Part shown: positions 39,130-48,643 of the stretch, piece by piece
Layout: every line of letters begins with the position of its first letter
Numbering within the stretch: position 1 is the first letter of the stretch
Source of the DNA: a virus
Lineage: Duplodnaviria > Caudoviricetes
Reading direction: 5' to 3' (one strand)
DNA length: 64,000 nt
IMG/VR virus record: IMGVR_UViG_3300033463_000027
Coordinates: 1 to 64,000 of that record
Notes under the pieces: generated by a model
The model's database searches: none
The model's input: the letters and a program-made list of their open reading frames with translations, nothing else
What the model was told of the DNA's origin: nothing
Made by a program: the position numbers and the translations under genes

Positions 39130-39657
39130 TTATTCCTCCGTTATATTATTCAAGAACTCGTCCACATTCCATGTATAACGAGTACGTTTTTTCTCACCAT
39201 GTATCTCAATGGCATTATAGGTGATAATATCCTTTTCATTACAACTTGCCTTGTTCAAATTTGCAACCATCGTATTAAAGTCACCTATGTATTGGAAATA
39301 AGTGCGTTCAACCGCATTTTTATCGTCCCTAATATTAAAGATAAATCCTGCAATCACATGGTCGTGTTCTGCAAATTCAGTAAGAGCCTTGATTTGATGT
39401 AATTTAATCATTTTGCTCTTTTCTTCTTTGGTTCTCTGTATAGAAAAACTTGAACTCTTGGTTGACTTCAACTCTAAGGTTAAGAACTTTCTATGTAAAC
39501 TATCAAACGCAATATAATCACATGGGTTCTTATTTGAAAACCTCAACCCCTCACTTTGTCCAAATGATTGCGGCGGGTCTGCAAGGCGTATCACCACACA
39601 ATATTCGGGAAAAGAGGACTTAATTGCGTTCTCAAAAATCTTTCCTGCGTTCTGCAT
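39130..39657 (-). CDS. recU: RecU-like Holliday junction resolvase
   Basis: GKIFE, NPCDYI, LELKSTK, IKLHQIKAL. Confidence 0.8.
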   Translation of the reverse strand: MQNAGKIFENAIKSSFPEYCVVIRLADPPQSFGQSEGLRFSNKNPCDYIAFDSLHRKFLTLELKSTKSSSFSIQRTKEEKSKMIKLHQIKALTEFAEHDHVIAGFIFNIRDDKNAVERTYFQYIGDFNTMVANLNKASCNEKDIITYNAIEIHGEKKRTRYTWNVDEFLNNITEE

Positions 39658-39756
39658 AAATATTAATCACTCCAATAAAACCGCGCTTTCATAGTTAATT
39701 CTGTAAAAAATAAGGGGAACAATAAGCCCATAAACCGACCTACGTTCCCCTTTCTT

Positions 39757-40116
39757 TCAAGAATCCACTTTTGACTTGCGCGTTCGCTTAGTAGTTTTCT
39801 TCTTTGGCTGCTCTTCTACTACCTCAACTTCGGGTTTTTCAAAAACAGCACCTTTAATGTCATTAACAACATCTTTTATATCATCTGCATACTCAATCTC
39901 ACCATACATCTTTTCGGCATTAAGCAAATCAGTCTTTGCCTGTTCCTTACTGATTTGTTTTCTGATATACCTTATAATAGGAATATGGTATACAAAATGC
40001 TCTTGTGTGCAAACAACAGACCTCCACGCCAAGAACTCATTCTGTGAATCACAAAATGCACAGGCGGGATATTCCTTGCCGCAAACAAGACAATTTTTCA
40101 TAATAGTTTTAGCCAC
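39757..40116 (-). CDS. small Cys-containing tail-module protein
   Basis: CLVCGKEYPACAFC...WRSVVCTQEH. Confidence 0.65.
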   Translation of the reverse strand: MAKTIMKNCLVCGKEYPACAFCDSQNEFLAWRSVVCTQEHFVYHIPIIRYIRKQISKEQAKTDLLNAEKMYGEIEYADDIKDVVNDIKGAVFEKPEVEVVEEQPKKKTTKRTRKSKVDS

Positions 40117-40135
40117 AATATCACCTCACTATATT

Positions 40136-40228
40136 TTTTACTCGCGTACTCAGTACACGATGAACTCATATACTCAATACGCGAGTAAAAGGGCTACAGA
40201 CCGTAGCCCATAGCCCCTTCGCGTACTC
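40136..40228 (-). promoter_or_regulatory. terminator with mutually exclusive alternative stems after the major tail gene
   Basis: GGGCTAC/GTAGCCC+TTTT, overlapped by a 13-bp TTTTACTCGCGTA/TACGCGAGTAAAA stem and an upstream GAGTACGCGAAGGGGCTA copy. Confidence 0.55.
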
Positions 40229-40243
40229 TTATGTTTAGCCTTT

Positions 40244-41353
40244 TTACGACTTGGTGGCAGTAATGTAATAGGTTGTAGGATTAGCACCCGCCTTAGAAGC
40301 AGTAACAACAACCTCATTAGCACCAGTAACCCACGTTGCATCTCCACCGCTTGCAATCGAATTGCCATTAACAGTGATAACAACGTTAGTTCCAGCCGCC
40401 GCAGTAGCAGTAATAGCACTTGTAGCCGCAGTTACAGAGGTGGTGTAAGAGGTTACATCAGCATCGAACGTAGGCGACAGAGTAGCATCGGCAACCGTCA
40501 AAGCGGTGAGCTTCGCAGTCTCAGTGGTGGACTCGTCCTTATAAACGATGAACTCCCACAGACCATTGGTCTGAGTAGCAGCACAAGTATCAACAAGAGA
40601 GTTAGCAGTAAAGCTCTGGATGGTCTGATCGCCACCAAGCTCAAAGTCAAACTCGCCGCTGAACTGTGCGCGATAGATAACGAACTGACACTTGTACTCG
40701 TTATCACAGGCATCAACGCCTGTGCAATCTATTACAAGATACAGAGTCTTACCAAATACATCAGACTCATTAACAACTCTTGCACCAGTAGCAAGGAAGT
40801 CGTACATAACAACTATCTTCTGACCCGCGCTAAGAGAAGCGTTAGTAGGCAGAGTAAGTTCCTTAGTAGAGGGATTATAAGCATACTTGTTAGAAGCAGC
40901 ACTATTACCCTGAGTCCACTCATTAGCAATAAGACCACCGTTGTCAGAGAGAACTCTAACGTCAACAATCTCAGCACCCGCAGTGCCAACCGCAGTATAA
41001 GTGGTAGTTACCTTACCCGCACTAACCATAGCAGCAGTAAGGTCTATAATATCAGGATAACGTACCCTGTAGTCACCATAGGTCTGCGAAGAACCAGTCT
41101 GTGCAGCCATAAGATCGCCAGAGATAAGTGCAGAGTCACCAGTTACAGAAACAGCTTTGTTTCTCTTTAACTGTTTGAGCAAACGACCACCCTTACCAGT
41201 AATATCAACAGTATCTTCCGTGTTAGAAATGGTAGTAGACTGTAACTCAGTCAACAGCATTTCGCCCTTTTTGGAAGTTCTGTTATAAGCATGGATTCTA
41301 TCGAGACTTGTTATGGTAAAGTTATCAATAGTAAAAAGTCCAGTAACAGCCAT
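40244..41353 (-). CDS. major tail (tube) protein with a C-terminal cadherin/Ig-like domain
   Basis: Biased, high-expression codon usage; LSPTFDADVTSYT...GANEVVVTA...TTYYIT domain. Confidence 0.8.
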   Translation of the reverse strand: MAVTGLFTIDNFTITSLDRIHAYNRTSKKGEMLLTELQSTTISNTEDTVDITGKGGRLLKQLKRNKAVSVTGDSALISGDLMAAQTGSSQTYGDYRVRYPDIIDLTAAMVSAGKVTTTYTAVGTAGAEIVDVRVLSDNGGLIANEWTQGNSAASNKYAYNPSTKELTLPTNASLSAGQKIVVMYDFLATGARVVNESDVFGKTLYLVIDCTGVDACDNEYKCQFVIYRAQFSGEFDFELGGDQTIQSFTANSLVDTCAATQTNGLWEFIVYKDESTTETAKLTALTVADATLSPTFDADVTSYTTSVTAATSAITATAAAGTNVVITVNGNSIASGGDATWVTGANEVVVTASKAGANPTTYYITATKS

Positions 41354-41403
41354 ATCTTTTCCTTCCTTTCTATAATAAAATGAAAAGCCGCCTTGACAGC
41401 GAC

Positions 41404-42162
41404 TTACCTAAACGACAGATAATTCAAATCAGATTTCTTAATCTTCTTGACATTGACTGTCCCCATACCCGAATATACTCCGCGCATGATGTTAGTATAA
41501 TTCACCCACTTCATGATCTGTTTCACACAACAGTAAAAGTCATAGATAGTGAGGTTATTGATTGTTTCAAAATCATAGGGAAATCCATCATGACACACAA
41601 GGGCTATAATAAGTTCATCAAACTCATTCACACTCTTGCGTTTAATCCTGTGAGCATTACGTCTATGTTCTTCTTCAAGCTCCAAGAAATACTTATATGC
41701 TGTCTCATTCGCGGGTTTTCTCTTATACTTCTTACAATTAAGAAGCTCACAAAACAACAACCCCACTTGCATATAAACATACTCGTCAATAATAATATTG
41801 TTGTCTTTATCGACTAATACAATCTTTCCATTAGCTTGTTCAATAGGCAACAAATCCCTAAAGTCCAAATCTTTAAAAAGAATAGTAGAGTCAATCTTGA
41901 CCTCTTTACCATTGAGCTTTTCAACTATAAAGAACGCAAAGAAGTTCTCAATAAAGAACTCATACTCAGAAATCTCCCTAAAATCACGCCCCGCCTGATG
42001 TAACTCCAACATATAGTTAGAGGGTGTCATGAGAAAGAAATTCATTAACATCTCATAGTTGGGACGATTTTGTTTATTTCTATATTCACCGAGAGTGGGA
42101 ATATAGACTGTCACTCTATCGGTGATCTTATATTCTCTCTCGTTTAAAAGGCTTATTGCCAA
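41404..42162 (-). CDS. neck/tail protein
   Basis: Synteny with the SPbeta-like head-tail cluster. Confidence 0.55.
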   Translation of the reverse strand: MAISLLNEREYKITDRVTVYIPTLGEYRNKQNRPNYEMLMNFFLMTPSNYMLELHQAGRDFREISEYEFFIENFFAFFIVEKLNGKEVKIDSTILFKDLDFRDLLPIEQANGKIVLVDKDNNIIIDEYVYMQVGLLFCELLNCKKYKRKPANETAYKYFLELEEEHRRNAHRIKRKSVNEFDELIIALVCHDGFPYDFETINNLTIYDFYCCVKQIMKWVNYTNIMRGVYSGMGTVNVKKIKKSDLNYLSFR

Positions 42163-42701
42163 TCATCATCACCCGTTCCATACCTTATCTTATCAGCAAA
42201 GTCGGTGATTTTAAATGCGACCAATCGCCCTGTATACTTGTAATTTGTCTGCGTAAATATATTATTGTAAAGAAATCTGTTCTTGCTAATGCCAAGATTG
42301 GCTTGTGGAACAAACGTCTTTTTAAGCTCTCGCACAATAATATCATTCCGCAGTCTATTCTTGCTTGTAGCCATATTCCCCTCATACCTTACTATATCTC
42401 TATGAGTCAAGACCCAAAAGAACAGAGTAAGCGTAACATAACCTGTTCCATTACGCCCAACTTGTGAGGACACAGTTTCATTTATATCATAAAAGATATA
42501 ACTTTCTGTCTCAGTAATAGTCTCAGGGTCGAACTCTTGTGGCAAAAGGTTGTGCCAAACCAATTCGTCAGCATCATCAGTAGTTAATGTTCCACGGCTT
42601 AGAACATCTACCAAGACTTCATTATTCAAAATTTCATTGGTGATAACATTTCTGTAATCCTCAATCAAATCCTCGTTGATATTCTTTGCCACATTACACA
42701 C
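42153..42701 (-). CDS. tail terminator-like protein
   Basis: Synteny. Confidence 0.5.
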   Translation of the reverse strand: MCNVAKNINEDLIEDYRNVITNEILNNEVLVDVLSRGTLTTDDADELVWHNLLPQEFDPETITETESYIFYDINETVSSQVGRNGTGYVTLTLFFWVLTHRDIVRYEGNMATSKNRLRNDIIVRELKKTFVPQANLGISKNRFLYNNIFTQTNYKYTGRLVAFKITDFADKIRYGTGDDDWQ

Positions 42702-43680
42702 CTCCTACCAATTTAACTTCAAGATGGGACTGCTTCTGCCCTACAACAGCATTTAACTTAAACACCGCATTGTCAAACAGAGTTTCGTCATACTTGCAAG
42801 CAATAGTAATCTTATTGCCATTTGTAGTCACAGTCAAGTTACTCAAATCAAAGTTATTGTCACTTATACTCCATGCGACCTCACCTTCTGTATCTGCGGC
42901 AAATGTCTTTTTACCGCCTACGCGCACAGTTGGTTTCCCCGAATAGGTAATATCAAAGTCATTACCCGTAGGAGCAATATAATCACAAATCCATTGTTCA
43001 ATTGAATCTGTCTCTGCGTTATATTGGTGTTCTGTCATCATCAGTTTCAAGTAGCCTTGATCGTAAGAGAACGTGGTAGTATCATTCTGTGTAAGTTTGT
43101 AAACAGTAGGATTAACATTATTGCGGTCTAAGAAGAACCTCTTGTCATGGTCTAACATCAAAGTATTCTCGTCTGCGGTAATCCATATAGAATGTTGTGC
43201 AGAACCTATAGTTACCATCTGTGTACTCTGAACACCTGAGTTGTATTGTGTCGCATTGGTGTCATACACAGGGTATTCATAGATATTTCCCTTTTCGTCT
43301 TGCCATTTTAAGAACTGGTTGCATCTCGTCAATTTACCCGCACCATTTATCTCGTCCCTATCATAAGACTCTATGCAGAGCCAATACGTACCATTCTTAG
43401 TATTGTATAACATTTCTCCTATTGCAATAGGGCTATCATACAATACATTAAAAGACAGGGTGATACCATAGTTATTGCTCAATTTTTCGCCAAACGTCTT
43501 AATAGGTATAGGTACAAGTTTCTCTTGTTCAACGCCAAATTGCCATCTCACAAACGTGTCCTTAAACGAAGGGTCTTTCATTAACTGATCTGCCATAAGA
43601 CGTTGACCATCAATGATTTTAGACTCTCGAATAGTTTCACCATGTACTGTAAGATAGGCTTTCATTTTTGCATAGCTCAT
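42694..43680 (-). CDS. head closure / neck protein with Ig-like C-terminus
   Basis: Synteny; RCNQFLKWQDEKGNIYEYP. Confidence 0.55.
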   Translation of the reverse strand: MSYAKMKAYLTVHGETIRESKIIDGQRLMADQLMKDPSFKDTFVRWQFGVEQEKLVPIPIKTFGEKLSNNYGITLSFNVLYDSPIAIGEMLYNTKNGTYWLCIESYDRDEINGAGKLTRCNQFLKWQDEKGNIYEYPVYDTNATQYNSGVQSTQMVTIGSAQHSIWITADENTLMLDHDKRFFLDRNNVNPTVYKLTQNDTTTFSYDQGYLKLMMTEHQYNAETDSIEQWICDYIAPTGNDFDITYSGKPTVRVGGKKTFAADTEGEVAWSISDNNFDLSNLTVTTNGNKITIACKYDETLFDNAVFKLNAVVGQKQSHLEVKLVGGV

Positions 43681-43683
43681 GGG

Positions 43684-44259
43684 TCACACACCCCTTGTAC
43701 CATCAATAGGCGGTTTAAACCTTAACGCAGTATGAGTGGGGCAAGGTTTCTTGGGACAACCACAAAATCCAAATCCCGTAGTTGCATACTTATTGGGAAT
43801 ATAGCCATAGCCACCATTTTCCTCATAGGTATTTGATAATATTTCATCTCGACGAATAGAGTAATTTATCACAAACTGGTGAGCTTCTTGCCAATACATT
43901 TCGCGTACAGCCTGTGCCTTACCTAAAACGTTAGCATTGTCAAATTTATGAAAATCCGTTGTACTCATATGAGCCGCAAGAGCCAACGGGGTTCTGATAT
44001 AAGTTGCATCAAGATAATATACAATCATGAAATCAGTAAGTATTTCAAAATTGATATCATCAAGTTCTATATTAAAGGTCTGATTGACATTATCTCTGTC
44101 ACTCAAATCCTGATTGCAACACTCAAAGGCGACAATAGCAGGGCGAATATAATCGCACAGTATAGCATCGGCTTCTGATTCTTCCATTTGAATGAAATCG
44201 TAATCCTTTATCTTGCTATATACCGAATTGCACAGTTCTTTATAAGTCGTGTTAGCCAC
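43684..44259 (-). CDS. head-tail connector-like protein
   Basis: Synteny; TTYKELC...SKIKDYDF. Confidence 0.55.
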   Translation of the reverse strand: MANTTYKELCNSVYSKIKDYDFIQMEESEADAILCDYIRPAIVAFECCNQDLSDRDNVNQTFNIELDDINFEILTDFMIVYYLDATYIRTPLALAAHMSTTDFHKFDNANVLGKAQAVREMYWQEAHQFVINYSIRRDEILSNTYEENGGYGYIPNKYATTGFGFCGCPKKPCPTHTALRFKPPIDGTRGV

Positions 44260-44284
44260 ATTGTCACCCGCCTTTCATTTAAGG

Positions 44285-44998
44285 TTATGTCAAATCAAAC
44301 TGTAACTTTTCTTCCAACAGCTTGATAACGTTTATATCAGTCAGAGCCTTATTACTGTACATGGCTCTTATCTTGGAAATCAATACATCTCGCATATTAG
44401 CCATCAACGCCCTGTCGATTGCCTTTTCGATAGTTTCTGTATTCTGTTTAAACAATGTTTTCAGATTGTTTATCTGTGCAACATTCTCATAAACAGAATT
44501 AAGTCTGAACATTCTTATAGCATCTTCGTTCAACAGGATAACGTTGGGGTTCATGAGAAAATCAGGACACTGGTTATTCATCTCCGTAAGCTCTGCAATG
44601 GTCATTTGCCGAACCTCTCCAATATTGTTCCATATGAACATAGCATTATTGGTAGGGGACTTGTAAACCAACTTACCAAAAGTTATCGAGCGCACATTTA
44701 TTACTGTGTCTCTCGGCAAATCAACAAATGTCTCATTATAGTCATCGTCCTCATTCTCGTCAAGTTCATCTATCGCAGAAGAAATGGTATCGAGAATAGA
44801 CTTTGAAGTTTCATCTTTAACAATATCCACATGAGTAGGCTCTGCCACTAAATCTTCATCATTTGCCATAACATCAGAAATGTTATCCATCTCGTTTAGC
44901 TTTTCAATCAGCTTTTCTCTGCCAATATTGCCAATTTTCATACCCTTGTCTCTTGCAACATCTTTGAGTTCGTCCATGCTCATTGTGCTGTAATTCAT
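44285..44998 (-). CDS. hypothetical head-module protein with an N-terminal Rho-N/HeH-like motif
   Basis: MSMDELKDVARDKGM...REKLIEKL; follows the capsid gene. Confidence 0.6.
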   Translation of the reverse strand: MNYSTMSMDELKDVARDKGMKIGNIGREKLIEKLNEMDNISDVMANDEDLVAEPTHVDIVKDETSKSILDTISSAIDELDENEDDDYNETFVDLPRDTVINVRSITFGKLVYKSPTNNAMFIWNNIGEVRQMTIAELTEMNNQCPDFLMNPNVILLNEDAIRMFRLNSVYENVAQINNLKTLFKQNTETIEKAIDRALMANMRDVLISKIRAMYSNKALTDINVIKLLEEKLQFDLT

Positions 44999-45091
44999 AG
45001 AATAAAGTCTCCTTTAAATTAAAATAATATATGGTAAATGGGGGACGAATCCCCCATCATGCCAAATAAAAACACCTCACGGTGTCAACAA

Positions 45092-46111
45092 TTACTGTAT
45101 AGTGTACTTACCAAATACGCTGGAGAAGGCTACACCTACACCAACTTTAGTTTGTACCTGAGAATCAATAGTCTGATCGTGAGTCATTATCTCAGACAAA
45201 TCACGAGCGCGAGTATCACCCTCAAAGTAAACCTTGATGAACTTCTCGTTATCAGGAAGAACATAGATTACGTTATCATTTACCTTGAAGTTGTAAGTTC
45301 CTCTGATAAAGGTCTGAGGAATCTCAACAGCAGGAACACCGAAACCAGTATTTACCATTACGGCACCAGTGGTAGCCATTTCTTCCTTCTGAGAATTGGA
45401 AATCCAGTTTGCACTCATGCCAGTAGCAATGTTACTCAGTGCAGTCTTAGTACCCGCAAGGATAACATTCTTCTGTGCGCCAACCTGAACCTTCTGAATG
45501 AGAGTTCTCATCTGACCAGCATCATAAGAACCAGTTACCTGTAAAGCGGCGGGGAGATAAGTACCAGCACCATTAAATGCGGTATAAACACGGTCATCAA
45601 TAGCTCTCTGCATAGCAGCCTGCATAGCAGCAACAAGCTCTGCAACGGTGATAAGACCTTTCAAGAAACGCTCGAAATCGTCATAAACGTGAATGTAAAT
45701 CCATTCTGTATCGAGCTGGAAGGTCTTACGACCGCCGAGCTTCTTACGGTCAGTGTCCCAATGATTGCCTGCAAATCTCGTAGCAACAAGTACAGAAGCA
45801 TCGTTTACAACGAACTCGTTCTTGTCACCGAGAGCGCCGTTGCGGGTCTCGACAAATTGATTATAGAACGCAGAACCTTCCCAAGCAAGAGGAAGATTGG
45901 TGTTAATAACCTCTTCGATTATAGTAAATATCTCATTCTTGTGGTTTCTCCAAGCTGCATGAGTCAGCTTGTCCTCTCCAAGAATCTCATAGAAAGCCAC
46001 GCGAATAGCTTCATCGGTATATTTAGTAGCTTCGGGAGAAGCAAATACCGCAACTCTGTTAGAGCAAGAATCATTTATAAGATTAACAATCTGTTCAAGT
46101 CTCTTTTCCAT
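45092..46111 (-). CDS. major capsid protein
   Basis: 339 aa; strong codon bias; position after the scaffold and decoration genes; followed by the hairpin ATGGGGGA/TCCCCCAT. Confidence 0.8.
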   Translation of the reverse strand: MEKRLEQIVNLINDSCSNRVAVFASPEATKYTDEAIRVAFYEILGEDKLTHAAWRNHKNEIFTIIEEVINTNLPLAWEGSAFYNQFVETRNGALGDKNEFVVNDASVLVATRFAGNHWDTDRKKLGGRKTFQLDTEWIYIHVYDDFERFLKGLITVAELVAAMQAAMQRAIDDRVYTAFNGAGTYLPAALQVTGSYDAGQMRTLIQKVQVGAQKNVILAGTKTALSNIATGMSANWISNSQKEEMATTGAVMVNTGFGVPAVEIPQTFIRGTYNFKVNDNVIYVLPDNEKFIKVYFEGDTRARDLSEIMTHDQTIDSQVQTKVGVGVAFSSVFGKYTIQ

Positions 46112-46131
46112 TACTTACTTCACTCCTTTCC

Positions 46132-46722
46132 TTAACCCGAAACAACTGTCTCGTTAGTTATAACCTCGATGATAACCCACTGAGAGTCAGCAACGATTAC
46201 GCCGCCACCCGTAGGAGGATTGCCAGCGGGGACAGTGGCGGTAGATACATTTATGCAAGGGAATATACCATCGTCATAAACTTCTACAACCTTACCTACA
46301 AAGCCCTTACCAGAAGGCTCAGAAGTACCGAGGTCTTTCAGCTTCATGGTAGTACCATCAACACCTATGTAATCGCCAACAGCAAGATTGGTATTGCTCG
46401 AAATAGAATACTTCTTGACACCAAACTTGTTGTGCTTATTCAGACCATAGGTTCTAAAAGCCTTGCCCTGTACATTAATAAACTGATCTTCACCCTGCTT
46501 GTTGGGGTCAGAACTATAGCTCCATGCAGGATTAGCAACGAGGAATACCTCGTCAGTGGCGGCGGGAACACCCGCAGCATAAATATTTCTTTCACCAGAT
46601 ATAAGGTCGCCCTTTGCAACTACCCAACCGTTTTCGATATCAGTAGTAGCGTTCTGCATATCATAGCAGAGACCAGTAACCTTAGTAGTTTCAACTACTC
46701 CGTAAACTGCCATAGTAATCAC
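46132..46722 (-). CDS. capsid decoration/cement protein
   Basis: DIENGWVV; lies between the scaffold and capsid genes. Confidence 0.6.
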   Translation of the reverse strand: MITMAVYGVVETTKVTGLCYDMQNATTDIENGWVVAKGDLISGERNIYAAGVPAATDEVFLVANPAWSYSSDPNKQGEDQFINVQGKAFRTYGLNKHNKFGVKKYSISSNTNLAVGDYIGVDGTTMKLKDLGTSEPSGKGFVGKVVEVYDDGIFPCINVSTATVPAGNPPTGGGVIVADSQWVIIEVITNETVVSG

Positions 46723-46731
46723 TTTCCTTTC

Positions 46732-48198
46732 TTATTCAAATTTCATAACTTTTGCAAGATAGTCGCCATATCTATCACTGTCAGCATAGACAGTCTTGCC
46801 CGAAGGTGTGTCTACCCCGCCAACAGAGGGCTTATAGCTAAACGACTTGTTCTTCTTCTCCATCTCACCCTTTGCAGCGATTTCACCAAGCATCATAGTA
46901 AGCTCAGTCTTTACGCTATCGGGAGTGACCTTGCTGTAATCAAGATTAGCCTTCCAAATAAGGAACGTAGAATTTCTACCCATTTTATCCTCAAACTCAG
47001 CAACAACTGCATTGACAGCATTCTTGTTTTCAAGAGCCTTCATTTCCTTATCGGCAGCTCTAAACTTGTCAAGTTCCACCTTTGCTTCGTCATAAGACTT
47101 AGAAAGTTCCTCAATCTTTTCGGAAAGTTCCTGAACCTTACTGCCGTAGCTTTCAGCATAAGCCGCAGACAAAGAAGTTTCTACTTCGTCCTTTACTGTC
47201 TTGCTTACATTCTCCTTGATAGAACCAACTACCTCACCAAGATCAAATGTTTCAGACTTTTTATCAAAGTCCATAACGATTTCATCATCAACAATAGCGA
47301 AGTCAACAGAATAAATCTTATTATCCTCTCTGTCAAATACGCTTATGGTAGTTTCGTCAACGCCAAGCAGAGAATACTTGGGAGCATCAGTACTCTCAAT
47401 TTTAAACTCAGACAGCTTTTCCAAGATTTTTGCATTATCCATCGTCAATTCCTCTCCTTCCTTTTTTGAATTTATAGAAACAGACATCATGGGGCTGTCT
47501 GATTCATACTTTTGCAGTCTTTCCAGTAACAAATCAAACTCTTTCATAAGAGCGTTATCATGCAAAGCAAAACCCTTGTATTTCTCCACTCTACAAGAAG
47601 GGAAACAAGGGCGAACGTTCTTCTCAGGGTTATCATCTTTGTTCAGCAGACATAATGCGGAGAACGTAAAATCATCAATAGAATAAATATCATTATCCTT
47701 GTAATGCCCCTCGTTCACGGATAACTCACAGCTTTGACCAAAATAAACGTCATCACTATATGCGGCATCCATGATATTATATCTGCCTGTCCAAAGAAGA
47801 ATATCTGCTACCAGATATGTATTAGTGGTCAATCCATCGGGTTCCATAACAACTTCTTTGCGGATATTTGCAGACTCAGGAATTACACCAAATGGTATAC
47901 ACTCATTGATGATTTCAATTCCCTCTGCCGAAATAACCCACTTGCTGTCATGACCACCAACACGATATTTGCCTGTCTCTTCATCTTTAAAAAGGTGAGC
48001 CACAACAGGCTTATTATAAAACTCCCCTCTTGCGATAGCTTTATCAATGGACTCGTCAGTAATATCAGACCCATTTGCATTATCACCCGAAGCAAGCATA
48101 TAACACTTGCACTTTGTGAACTCCGAATTTACAACTGCAAAATCAGAGAACTTAGAAGTAAAATCCAGCGTTTGTTCTTTCTTCAACGTTATCACCAC
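46732..48198 (-). CDS. prohead protease-scaffold fusion
   Basis: GGHD, LLWTGRY, QSCEL, FSALCLL, PCFP; C-terminal coiled coil. Confidence 0.75.
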   Translation of the reverse strand: MVITLKKEQTLDFTSKFSDFAVVNSEFTKCKCYMLASGDNANGSDITDESIDKAIARGEFYNKPVVAHLFKDEETGKYRVGGHDSKWVISAEGIEIINECIPFGVIPESANIRKEVVMEPDGLTTNTYLVADILLWTGRYNIMDAAYSDDVYFGQSCELSVNEGHYKDNDIYSIDDFTFSALCLLNKDDNPEKNVRPCFPSCRVEKYKGFALHDNALMKEFDLLLERLQKYESDSPMMSVSINSKKEGEELTMDNAKILEKLSEFKIESTDAPKYSLLGVDETTISVFDREDNKIYSVDFAIVDDEIVMDFDKKSETFDLGEVVGSIKENVSKTVKDEVETSLSAAYAESYGSKVQELSEKIEELSKSYDEAKVELDKFRAADKEMKALENKNAVNAVVAEFEDKMGRNSTFLIWKANLDYSKVTPDSVKTELTMMLGEIAAKGEMEKKNKSFSYKPSVGGVDTPSGKTVYADSDRYGDYLAKVMKFE

Positions 48199-48205
48199 CT
48201 AACTA

Positions 48206-48421
48206 TCAGCTAAAGCACAAATTTTTGGACATAAAAAAATCCAGTTCTTCAAACTGGCTTGCAAGTATATTCATAAGTTCAGGTGAAGATAAGAACTGAT
48301 AAACTATTTGCTCGTCATTCATTTTCTGCTCATGGCAATGAAAGCCGAGTTTTATAAGTTTATCTGCGGTTTCTTTTTCTACGATGTTTACTATGGGTAT
48401 CATAGTCATCTTCCGCCTCAC
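48206..48421 (-). CDS. small hypothetical protein
   Basis: ETADKLIKLGF; operon packing. Confidence 0.55.
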   Translation of the reverse strand: MRRKMTMIPIVNIVEKETADKLIKLGFHCHEQKMNDEQIVYQFLSSPELMNILASQFEELDFFMSKNLCFS

Positions 48422-48626
48422 TATCTATATCATCTGCAATCTCTTTAGTCACACTTAATTCAGTGAAATCTTTTTCAGAATAAACAAAACTTCTTCTAAG
48501 ATAATCATGCCCACCATCAACAGAGCATACTTCACAACTGCAAGTCACAAAATCATGTCTGCTTTTGGATTCTATAATGTCACCGCAGCGATTGCATTTA
48601 ATCTTATTTGTTATAATTTGTAGCAT
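48360..48626 (-). CDS. small Zn-binding protein
   Basis: KCNRCGDIIES...HDFVTCSC...VDGGHDYLRR. Confidence 0.7.
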   Translation of the reverse strand: MLQIITNKIKCNRCGDIIESKSRHDFVTCSCEVCSVDGGHDYLRRSFVYSEKDFTELSVTKEIADDIDSEAEDDYDTHSKHRRKRNRR

Positions 48627-48643
48627 TTTATATTCACCTTATG

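Noticed and set aside
46432-47469. 345-aa + strand ORF and similar long antisense ORFs
   Set aside because: Shadows of codon-biased structural genes; no RBS or recognisable motifs
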